Translations under genes and position numbers: made by a program | Shown: piece after piece, positions 1 to 6,899 of the stretch | Numbering within the stretch: position 1 is the first letter of the stretch | Layout of the letters: the number at the start of each line of letters is the position of its first letter | Assembly: GCA_046861655.1 (NCBI GenBank) | Contig: JBHIAI010000062.1 | Location: forward strand, 1-10,329 | DNA length: 10,329 bases | Direction of reading: 5' to 3' | Source of the DNA: Fidelibacterota bacterium | GTDB lineage: Bacteria; Fidelibacterota; Marinisomatia; Marinisomatales; S15-B10 | Notes under the pieces: model-generated | Told to the model about the DNA's origin: nothing | What the model saw: the letters and a program-made list of their open reading frames with translations, nothing else | Databases searched by the model: none

Positions 1-47
1 TGCTTCATCTGAGACCGGACGATTGAATGGTACGGTCCCAGAACCCG

Positions 48-815
48 TCAATCCAGGACGAAATCGTACCCCGTCAGATCCGACTCTGCTTCGACAGAAA
101 TGCCAGAATACACAGTGTCTGACGAAACGTACCCCTGGGCCGACCCTTCGACGTCGTAGATCCCCTCGACGACGATCAGCGTATAGGACCCCAGGCTGTC
201 CGAGACGGTCGCGAAGCTTTCGCTGGTACCCGTGGCTTCCACCAAAGCGTTGACGATGGCCGCCCCCGCGGTGTCGGTGACGGTCCCCGAAACCGTTCCG
301 GAAACGACCTTCTTCAATGCCTTGAAAGAGGGGCGCAGCTGGTAGTTTCCCGGTGTCCACGTGATGGACTGGGAGGCGTCGAAATCGATGAGGATTTCCA
401 CCAGTTCGTCCTCTTCAACTGTGAAGTCGAGATTCAGTTTCACCCCTGTTTGCTCCCCGCTGGGAACGCGCAAAGGATAGGACTGTCCGTCAATCACGAT
501 CTCGTTTGAATCTGACACGATCAAGCGTAGCTGAGCATAGGTTCCGGGTTCAATCGCATCATCCACCAGGACCGCCGTCGCCCCGTTCACAAGGTCAAGG
601 AAATCAAACCGGGTTTCAGGCTGGGCCAGAGGTATCCACTCATCGTCGCCTGTCGACACGTGAACATCGGTGATGGTGAGATAGATGTGTTCCACCCCGG
701 ATGGCGGGGGACTATCGAATACTTGCAGTTTGATGCGGCCGAACCCCGTCTCTTCCTCCAGGGCGCATCCGGCAAGAATCAGAATGAGACCCACAAACAG
801 GACCGGTGATTTCAT
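48..815 (-). CDS. DUF4382-type lipoprotein with C-terminal carboxypeptidase-regulatory-like (beta-sandwich) domain
   Basis: Start moved from 836 to ATG at 815 because AGGAGGT (828-822) lies 6 nt upstream. Signal peptide with lipobox MKSPVLFVGLILILAG-C. DUF4382-like motifs: D-S/A-P, FDFLDLVNG, PGTYAQLRL, LRVPSGEQTGVKL, IDFDASQS, YQLRP. C-terminal GTVSGTVTD...SDSLGSYTL...EGIYDV...AQGY pattern. Confidence 0.85.
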   Translation of the reverse strand: MKSPVLFVGLILILAGCALEEETGFGRIKLQVFDSPPPSGVEHIYLTITDVHVSTGDDEWIPLAQPETRFDFLDLVNGATAVLVDDAIEPGTYAQLRLIVSDSNEIVIDGQSYPLRVPSGEQTGVKLNLDFTVEEDELVEILIDFDASQSITWTPGNYQLRPSFKALKKVVSGTVSGTVTDTAGAAIVNALVEATGTSESFATVSDSLGSYTLIVVEGIYDVEGSAQGYVSSDTVYSGISVEAESDLTGYDFVLD

Positions 816-874
816 ACGGTTACCTCCTCGCGCCATCCTGGCGCAGGGTTTACCAGCTGACCTTTTGATTCATA

Positions 875-916
875 AAATTACTGCCCCGTGCCCGGATGGA
901 GAGTGACGGGGATCAC
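875..916 (-). promoter_or_regulatory. Putative class II CRP/FNR-family-activated promoter of the DUF4382 gene
   Basis: GTGA-N6-TCAC at 903-916 (8/10 match to TGTGA-N6-TCACA). Candidate -10 TAATTT at 880-875 on the minus strand. Box centre falls at -41.5 and there is no recognisable -35. Confidence 0.45.
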
Positions 917-949
917 GTCTTCCCGGAAGCATCCGGAAGTGTCTACTGG

Positions 950-979
950 ATACGAAAGCATCCCCGAAGCGGGGATGCT
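950..979 (-). terminator. Probable intrinsic terminator or stabilising hairpin after the cytochrome gene
   Basis: Perfect 10-bp stem AGCATCCCCG (957-966) / CGGGGATGCT (970-979) with a 3-nt loop, about 30 nt after the stop at 1012. The minus-strand U tract is short (TTTCGTAT). Confidence 0.6.
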
Positions 980-1011
980 GATAGAAGGCAAAAGTGTCCC
1001 TCGAGGTGTTC

Positions 1012-2745
1012 TTACCAGTTCTCCACCACTCTCCGGTCTCCGTAATGGGGGACAGAGTTCAGGGGGAGGCTTCCGGTCAGGTGCTTGTAACTCTGCTGCA
1101 GAAGCTGAATGGCATAGTCGGGATTGTGAATGCCGTGACTCTTGTCGGCTTCCACGAACACCAGGTTATACCCCGCCTGTCTTAACTGGTAGGTGGATCT
1201 TGTCGTATCCCCAAGGGCCTCTTCAAAATCTGCCCCTCCCGTGGTATCCAGCCCAGCGTCCACCAGGGCTTCCTCCAGGAGATGCATAAGCCCTTCCACT
1301 TCATCGTGCACACCTTCCACCTCGCCGTCGCCGTCAAAATCATCCCGGGCCATGATATCGCCGAAGTCCGAAATCGTCCCGTGACACTGGGCACAGGCCT
1401 CCACCGTGGGCTCGTAGCTGTGTCCCGTTACCGCCGGTTCGTCTTCGCTGATGTACTCCTCCATGTGCATGTGGCAGGTCACACAAGCGTCCTCGATGTA
1501 CAGGTGCGTCGGAGCTGCCCAGGGAAACCCCGTCTCAGCCACCCCTTCGTAGGCACTGCTGGCCGCCAGCATGTCACCCTGGGGGTTACCGTGGGGCCCA
1601 AAGTGCGCGTATCCTTCGTCCAGCTGGCTCTCGGCGGAACGACGGGCATGGTGGCACTGCATACACAGCTTGCCCTTTCCACCGTCGGTGATGACGGGAC
1701 TTTCCCCGTTGGCTTCCACCAGGACCACATCGGCCACAGTGCGCAGTTGATGATCGTTGGTGGCGTCGTGGGGATCGTGACAGGCTGCACACGAAATGGG
1801 GGATAGTGCCCTTTCGGATGTATCGGGCCGACCCACATCACCTCCATTGTAGTACGTGGACAAATCTCCTGACAGCCGGATAGCCGCTGCCACACCCTCG
1901 TGACATCCCTGGCAGGAACTGATGCCCCATTGGAATGCGTCCTCGTTGTTGTGATGGGACTCGGACCATTCATCATAGGTGGGATTATGGTCCCCGGTGT
2001 GACAGCTCCCGCAGACGGCCGCGTCGAAGGAGACGGTGATGTCGGCTTTGTTCAGGCTGGATTTATGATCGGATCCTGGCCCATGGCAGTTTTCACACTG
2101 GACGTTTTCAAAGGTGGCGATGGGGACGTCATCGTAGCCGGCATTTCCCGCTACCTCGTACTGGTCAACGGTATGGCACTTGTTGCAGTAAGGAGCCGCA
2201 TGGTCGCTGGCCTGAAGGGCGGCCCAGGCTCCGGCGTGACCGGTTTCCGCCCAGCCCGCCGGTTCTTTCGTGTGACACTGGGCGCAGGTTTCTCCTCCAA
2301 GGTAATAAGGCGTCACCGTGGGGGTGTAAGCCCCGACTCCGAAAGGACGAACACCAACACCGATATAGGTGCCGTCAGAGGCATGAACAGTTACCGCAAA
2401 CGTTCCCTCATCATCGGGCGCCTTCCAGACCACCGTGTCCCCCAAATCCGAGCTCAATTTCCCTTCCTCAGCATGCCAGTACAACACAACGTCTCCGGCT
2501 TCTCCTGTGGTGGTTACGGTGGCGGTTAAAGAAAGAGTGATTCCCGTGGTGACGGACGTCCCCTGGGGAATGACCGTGCCATCCTCGAGGGCAATGATCT
2601 CATCTACCGCGATCACCTCCTCAGGCTCCTCGGTTTTTTCGCACCCGAGGGTCCCGAGAACCACGGACATGAAAAGAAAACTTCCAGCCAGAAGGACCGG
2701 AAGTCGACGATTCACCGCATGCCACAGGGTCCTGTGCGACGTCAT
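1012..2745 (-). CDS. Nonaheme c-type cytochrome lipoprotein (Ig-like N-terminal domain, c554-like module, NrfA/c552-like core)
   Basis: Start moved from 2841 to ATG at 2745, with AGGAGGT (2757-2751) 5 nt upstream; 577 aa. Lipobox-like VVLGTLG-C. Nine CxxCH motifs: CAQCH, CNKCH, CENCH, CGSCH, CQGCH, CAACH, CMQCH, CVTCH, CAQCH. YLGGETCxxCH...W..TGHA and VQCENCHGPGSDH are c554-like. C-terminal helical region with DKSHGIHNPDYA..LL is NrfA-family-like. Confidence 0.9.
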   Translation of the reverse strand: MTSHRTLWHAVNRRLPVLLAGSFLFMSVVLGTLGCEKTEEPEEVIAVDEIIALEDGTVIPQGTSVTTGITLSLTATVTTTGEAGDVVLYWHAEEGKLSSDLGDTVVWKAPDDEGTFAVTVHASDGTYIGVGVRPFGVGAYTPTVTPYYLGGETCAQCHTKEPAGWAETGHAGAWAALQASDHAAPYCNKCHTVDQYEVAGNAGYDDVPIATFENVQCENCHGPGSDHKSSLNKADITVSFDAAVCGSCHTGDHNPTYDEWSESHHNNEDAFQWGISSCQGCHEGVAAAIRLSGDLSTYYNGGDVGRPDTSERALSPISCAACHDPHDATNDHQLRTVADVVLVEANGESPVITDGGKGKLCMQCHHARRSAESQLDEGYAHFGPHGNPQGDMLAASSAYEGVAETGFPWAAPTHLYIEDACVTCHMHMEEYISEDEPAVTGHSYEPTVEACAQCHGTISDFGDIMARDDFDGDGEVEGVHDEVEGLMHLLEEALVDAGLDTTGGADFEEALGDTTRSTYQLRQAGYNLVFVEADKSHGIHNPDYAIQLLQQSYKHLTGSLPLNSVPHYGDRRVVENW

Positions 2746-2794
2746 CTTACACCTCCTGGATTCCATGATACAAGATAATCCGCTCCTCTTATTC

Positions 2795-2823
2795 AATTTA
2801 TAGACTACCAGGACTTCAGGCAA
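2795..2823 (-). promoter_or_regulatory. Putative sigma70 promoter of the cytochrome gene with a candidate Rrf2 operator in its spacer
   Basis: TTGCCT (2823-2818), 17-nt spacer, TAAATT (2800-2795) in an AT-rich gap. AGAC-N6-GACT at 2802-2815 is one mismatch from the AGAC-N6-GTCT core upstream of rrf2. Confidence 0.5.
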
Positions 2824-2881
2824 GGGAAAAACAATCTTCATGAAGGCTAACGATCGTCAAACGGTAGGGTAGTATATGGGT

Positions 2882-3319
2882 CTATTCCCGCTGCATGACG
2901 GCGTGTTTTTCCTCCACCCGCCGGGCCAACTCAGCCAGATTGGGGGATTCCAGCATTTCATCGATGTCTTCTTTGATATGCTTCCACCGGTCGTGAAGGG
3001 GACAGGGTTGGGCATCTGAGCACAGATCAAGGCCGAACACACACACATCTTCCTCGGGAGGCGGGCCCTCGATAGCCTGGACGATCTGGGGAAGGAAAAT
3101 CTCCTCCGGAGGTCGAGCCAGATTGACTCCGCCCTTTCTTCCTCTGACTGCCCTGAGGATTCTGTGCTTCACCAGGGTCTGAACGATCTTGGAGAGAAAC
3201 TGTTGCGGGATTCCATAGGATTCGGCGATCTCCCGGATCATGACAGGCCGGTCACTTTCTTTCCTGGTCAGGTAGATCATGGCCTGGATGGCGTACTCGA
3301 CAGATTTGGAGAAAAGCAT
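2882..3319 (-). CDS. Rrf2-family transcriptional regulator with IscR-like Fe-S ligand set
   Basis: MLFSKSVEYAIQA N-terminus, wHTH IAESYGIPQQFLSKIVQTL, wing RGRKGGVNLARPPEEI, and C93-x6-C100-x5-C106-x2-H109. Confidence 0.95.
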   Translation of the reverse strand: MLFSKSVEYAIQAMIYLTRKESDRPVMIREIAESYGIPQQFLSKIVQTLVKHRILRAVRGRKGGVNLARPPEEIFLPQIVQAIEGPPPEEDVCVFGLDLCSDAQPCPLHDRWKHIKEDIDEMLESPNLAELARRVEEKHAVMQRE

Positions 3320-3325
3320 ACTTTT

Positions 3326-3341
3326 CAGACCTTAATGTCTG
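3326..3341. promoter_or_regulatory. Candidate Rrf2 autoregulatory operator CAGAC-N6-GTCTG
   Basis: Perfect 5-6-5 inverted repeat with AT-rich spacer and flanks, lying between the predicted TSS (~3342) and the rrf2 ATG (3319). Confidence 0.6.
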
Positions 3342-3348
3342 TTTTATT

Positions 3349-3377
3349 AAACTACTTACGGGAATTTCCGTTGTCAA
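3349..3377 (-). promoter_or_regulatory. Sigma70 promoter of rrf2
   Basis: Consensus -35 TTGACA (3377-3372), 17-nt spacer, -10 TAGTTT (3354-3349). Confidence 0.7.
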
Positions 3378-3396
3378 GGGAAAACAAAGTGTAGGG

Positions 3397-3427
3397 CGTT
3401 ACGTGCTACGAATCACGCATCACGAAT
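3397..3427 (+). repeat. Degenerate heptamer tandem repeat (NNNNACG)x4
   Basis: CGTTACG TGCTACG AATCACG CATCACG AAT, with ACG at 3401, 3408, 3415 and 3422. Confidence 0.6.
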
Positions 3428-3429
3428 TG

Positions 3430-4389
3430 CTATTCCGGTCTCCGTTTCTCGTTGCGCGTCTCGGGAAGGTCATAGAGGGACAGGATGCGGGGAGCTATGT
3501 CACTCAGATCTTTGAGGCCCCTTGAGAATCGGCTGCGGAGTTGGGACGGCCCGATCATGAGGGCCGGCACGGGATGGCTGGTGTGACTCCGGGTGGTGAG
3601 GTCCTCCATGTTTCCATGGTCGGAGGTGATAAAGATCAGATCCTCCTCTATGTTCCACGACTCGAGCAATCCGTCTAATACCCCGTCGATGGTTTCCAGA
3701 ATTGCGCAAGCCGCCTTCATGTCCCTCCTGTGTCCGGCATAGTCGGTCAACCAGACCTCGAAGAGGCTGAAGTCATAGCCTCTCGCCAGCCCGGCCAGTC
3801 GCCTTCCGGCTTCGTAAGGCATGAGTAAATCCACCTGGGGAAATCCCAGGTCTTCCCGCCACCCCTGGCCCGTGAAATCCGCCGACAGGGCCCGGCCTTC
3901 CAACAGATCGTCTGCCGTTTTCAGATCAAGACCGGCCGAGGTCACCGCCAGGGCAAGGGTCCCCGGAAGACGAAGACCGGAGCCGATGGCGTCGAAATAA
4001 CGCGGTGGGAACGCATTCAAGAACCCGGCCGCAGCCCCGTTTCCCGTGAACGCCGAAAAAAGGTTGTGCTCGTTCAGAATCCGGGCAATGTCGCCGTTGG
4101 GTTTGGGACCGTGGTGCCGGCCCAATAATTCAGGAACATTGATCCCGGACACAAGAGTTGCCTGACCCGTGGCAGACTGAGGTCTTCCCTTCACTCCCAG
4201 ACGGGCATCAATGGACCACAAGGTGGCGCCATCGACCTCAAGGGGACCGGACCCTGCCGTCCTGGCGGTGAGAGGCTTACCCCCCAGAATACGCCTCAGG
4301 GTGGGCATCCGGGCCTCTACCAGAGGATTCACGCTGGGATCGTCCGTTCCCAGACCCACACCATCCAGAAAGAGAAAGAGGAATTTCAA
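3430..4389 (-). CDS. Alkaline-phosphatase-superfamily metalloenzyme (iPGM/phosphopentomutase-like, substrate unknown)
   Basis: Metal-ligand motifs FLDGVG, TDYAGH, TSDHGN, SHTSHPVP and candidate Ser nucleophile in PQSATGQ. TTG start 1 nt after the upstream stop codon. Confidence 0.85.
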   Translation of the reverse strand: MKFLFLFLDGVGLGTDDPSVNPLVEARMPTLRRILGGKPLTARTAGSGPLEVDGATLWSIDARLGVKGRPQSATGQATLVSGINVPELLGRHHGPKPNGDIARILNEHNLFSAFTGNGAAAGFLNAFPPRYFDAIGSGLRLPGTLALAVTSAGLDLKTADDLLEGRALSADFTGQGWREDLGFPQVDLLMPYEAGRRLAGLARGYDFSLFEVWLTDYAGHRRDMKAACAILETIDGVLDGLLESWNIEEDLIFITSDHGNMEDLTTRSHTSHPVPALMIGPSQLRSRFSRGLKDLSDIAPRILSLYDLPETRNEKRRPE

Positions 4390-4390
4390 C

Positions 4391-5716
4391 TTATCTCAGG
4401 TGGGCATCGAGGGCGGAAACCCGCGATTCAAGTTCGTCGAACTGGCTTTCGTCCAGCAGGGAAACGCATATCCTTATGCCATCCCGGTGGGTCCCCGCGG
4501 TCTTTAAGGGAATTCCCGCCATCCCGAATCTCAACATGTGGTAAAGGAGTTTACCCCCGGTCATCCCGTCCCGCCCGACCGTAAAATAAAACCCATGGGC
4601 GATGGGTTCTCCCAGATCATCGCTGTACACCAGAGCAAATCGCCGGGACAGGAAAATCTCTTTTGCTCTCCGGGCTCTATCCCCGTAGCGGCGCACTTTC
4701 TTGAGGAAGTCGTACCGTCCGTCACACGCCGCCTCGAACAGGGCCGCCAGACCGTGCTGGGAGGCCTGGGCCGTTCCCGCCGTGGTGGAATAGACCCCTC
4801 CGTGGATGAAGGCGTGGCCCAGGATTTCCGTACCGGTGTACCTCTCCAGGTGGGGATACCTTTTTTTCATCAACACGGGAGAAAGTACAGAAACGGCCAC
4901 CCGCTGGCCGGCATAACTGAATATTTTTGAGCTGGAAAGAACGATGATGTAGTTGTCCGTATACCGGGCCACGGTGGGTGGATACGGAGGCCTTCCTGGA
5001 GTCCCGTAGTCAACCCTGAAATCCATGCCGAAATAGGCCAAGTCCTCGATACCGATGACATCATATTCTGTCAGGAGGTGACCAATCCCCTCCAGTTCTT
5101 CCTCCTTCAGACAGACCCAGGTGGGATTGTTGGGGTTGGACCACAGAAGGCCCCCGATTTCTCCTGTGGAAAAATATTCCTCCAGCTTCCCCACAAGGTC
5201 TGAACCCCGGAAATCGTACACGTCCACAGATTCAGCATTCAACCCCAGGAACCGGGACTGCAACTTGTTCACCGGAAACCCCGGATCGAGATACAGAATG
5301 GTGTTTGCTCCCTCCCGTCTTCTCCCTGCGACGGCCTGGGCGATCAGGCACCCGTGCACGGCTCCCACTGTGGGTATGCATTGCTCCGGGCCCACCTCAA
5401 TGTTCAAGAATTTTTCCAGGAAAAGGGAGGAGGCCCTTTTCAGTCTGGGAATGCCGTCGAAGGGGGGATAGGTGGACGGCAGCTTTTCGTTTTCAGTGAG
5501 GACCCTGATTTCCTCCTCGGGTCCCAGCCGTTCCGCAGGAAGTCCCGGAATGCCGAATTCGAACCGGAGAAACTCAACATCAAAATGGTCCGACAGAACA
5601 TCCACCAGCCGGCTGAGTTCCCGGATACTGATGGTTTCAAGATCCACCTCAGCCTCACGGACAGCCTGATCAACAAAGGATGAATCGAGAGGAAAAGAAG
5701 GGTCTGGCCGCGTCAC
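4391..5716 (-). CDS. PLP-dependent aminotransferase, class I/II
   Basis: SNPNNPT, EDLAY, PLP-lysine motif SSSKIFSYAGQR and C-terminal IRICVS Arg. Start placed at GTG 5716 after GGTGAGGG; TTG 5743 is the alternative. Confidence 0.9.
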   Translation of the reverse strand: MTRPDPSFPLDSSFVDQAVREAEVDLETISIRELSRLVDVLSDHFDVEFLRFEFGIPGLPAERLGPEEEIRVLTENEKLPSTYPPFDGIPRLKRASSLFLEKFLNIEVGPEQCIPTVGAVHGCLIAQAVAGRRREGANTILYLDPGFPVNKLQSRFLGLNAESVDVYDFRGSDLVGKLEEYFSTGEIGGLLWSNPNNPTWVCLKEEELEGIGHLLTEYDVIGIEDLAYFGMDFRVDYGTPGRPPYPPTVARYTDNYIIVLSSSKIFSYAGQRVAVSVLSPVLMKKRYPHLERYTGTEILGHAFIHGGVYSTTAGTAQASQHGLAALFEAACDGRYDFLKKVRRYGDRARRAKEIFLSRRFALVYSDDLGEPIAHGFYFTVGRDGMTGGKLLYHMLRFGMAGIPLKTAGTHRDGIRICVSLLDESQFDELESRVSALDAHLR

Positions 5717-5726
5717 GGGGAATCCC

Positions 5727-6899
5727 TCACCGGAACGCGTCAATCCCGGTAATATCGGCTCCCACAGCCAGGGTATGGATTTCGTGGGTCCCTTCGTAGG
5801 TGATCACCGTTTCCATATTCATGAGATGGCGCATGACGTTATACTCTTCCATGATGCCGTTGGCAGCAAGAATCTCCCTGGCCGTTCTGGCCACTTCCCT
5901 GGCCGCCGCCACATTGTTCATCTTCGCGAGAGAAACCTGTTCGTGCCTGGCCCTCCCCTGGTCCTTCAGCCGCCCCAGCTGAACAACCAGCAACTGACCT
6001 TTGGTGATTTCCGCCAGCATGTCCACCAACTTCTTCTGGGTCAGTTGAAAGGAAGCGACGGGCCGGCCGAATTGCCTTCTATCTCCCGCATAGGAAAGGG
6101 CCGTTTCATAACAGGCCATGGCAGCACCAAGGGCTCCCCAGGCAATTCCGTACCGGGCCTGGGTCAAACACGAAAGGGGACCCTTGAGTCCCTCTGCTTT
6201 GTCCAGAAGGTTTTCCCGGGGAATCCGGCAATCTTCTAATACCAGCTCAGCCGTGTCTGACGCCCGAAGGGAGTATTTCCCGGTGATCTTGTTGGCCGTG
6301 AATCCGGGGGTGTCCTTCTCTACCAGGAAGCCCCGGATAACACCCTCTTCGTCCTTGGCCCATAGGACGGCCACATCGGCCAGCGTACCGTTGGTGATCC
6401 ACATCTTTATCCCGTCCAGTGTGTACCCGTCCCTATCCGGTCTGGCCCTTGTGGTAAGCCCCCCTGGATCGGATCCATAGTCCGGTTCCGTCAGGCCAAA
6501 ACAGCCCACCGCCTCCCCCCTGGCCAACCGGGGAAGCCAGGTCTGTTTCTGATCTTCCGACCCGTACCTGTAAATGGCATACATGACCAACGCGCCCTGG
6601 ACAGACACAAAACTCCTGAGCCCCGAATCCCCCCTCTCCAGCTCCTGCATGATCAGTCCATAGGCTACACTGTTTATCCCTGCGCATCCGTACTCCTGGG
6701 GTAGATTGGCACCGAGAACTCCCAGGCTTCCCAGGCGGCCGATGAGGTCGGTGGGGAACGTCTCGTTTCGATGATGGGTATGAACAACGGGGAGGAATTC
6801 TTTTTCAACAAACTCGTACACTGTGTTGCGTATGGTCACTTCCTCCTCGGACAGGAGGTTTTCTACGTCGAAATAGTCGGTCCCTTTATATGGGGTCAT
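5727..6899 (-). CDS. gcdH: Glutaryl-CoA dehydrogenase (acyl-CoA dehydrogenase family)
   Basis: YGLIMQELERGDSGLRSFVSVQ, GCFGLTEPDYGSDP, KMWITNG, ARYGIAWG, RRQFGRPVASFQL and MRHLMNMETVITYEGTHEIH (catalytic Glu) are typical of GCDH. Confidence 0.85.
   Translation of the reverse strand: MTPYKGTDYFDVENLLSEEEVTIRNTVYEFVEKEFLPVVHTHHRNETFPTDLIGRLGSLGVLGANLPQEYGCAGINSVAYGLIMQELERGDSGLRSFVSVQGALVMYAIYRYGSEDQKQTWLPRLARGEAVGCFGLTEPDYGSDPGGLTTRARPDRDGYTLDGIKMWITNGTLADVAVLWAKDEEGVIRGFLVEKDTPGFTANKITGKYSLRASDTAELVLEDCRIPRENLLDKAEGLKGPLSCLTQARYGIAWGALGAAMACYETALSYAGDRRQFGRPVASFQLTQKKLVDMLAEITKGQLLVVQLGRLKDQGRARHEQVSLAKMNNVAAAREVARTAREILAANGIMEEYNVMRHLMNMETVITYEGTHEIHTLAVGADITGIDAFR

Noticed and set aside
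1..8. Possible start (ATG AAG CA) of a further minus-strand gene at the left edge
   Set aside because: Only two full codons are visible and there is no clear SD.
863..878. FNR box starting TTGAT at 865
   Set aside because: The second half-site reads AAAAT rather than ATCAA, so only a half match.
837..1011. Riboswitch (e.g. c-di-GMP-I) in the 175-bp intergenic region
   Set aside because: Short GGCAAA/GGTAAAC-like words are present but I could not build the conserved two-stem architecture. An Rfam scan would settle it.
2695..2715. Twin-arginine (Tat) signal in NRRLPVLL
   Set aside because: Poor match to S/T-R-R-x-F-L-K, and c-type cytochromes are normally exported by Sec.
1012..2745. Naming the cytochrome nrfA or hao
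   Set aside because: There is no CxxCK, it has nine hemes, and no nrfH or other partner gene is in the window. The relationship is only at fold level.
2746..2841. Longer N-terminus of the cytochrome from ATG 2841
   Set aside because: It overlaps the predicted promoter. ATG 2745 has a strong SD and gives a plausible lipoprotein signal peptide.
2836..2857. Short palindromes CTTCATGAAG and ACGATCGT
   Set aside because: Single 8-10 bp palindromes are expected by chance and neither recurs at the other promoters.
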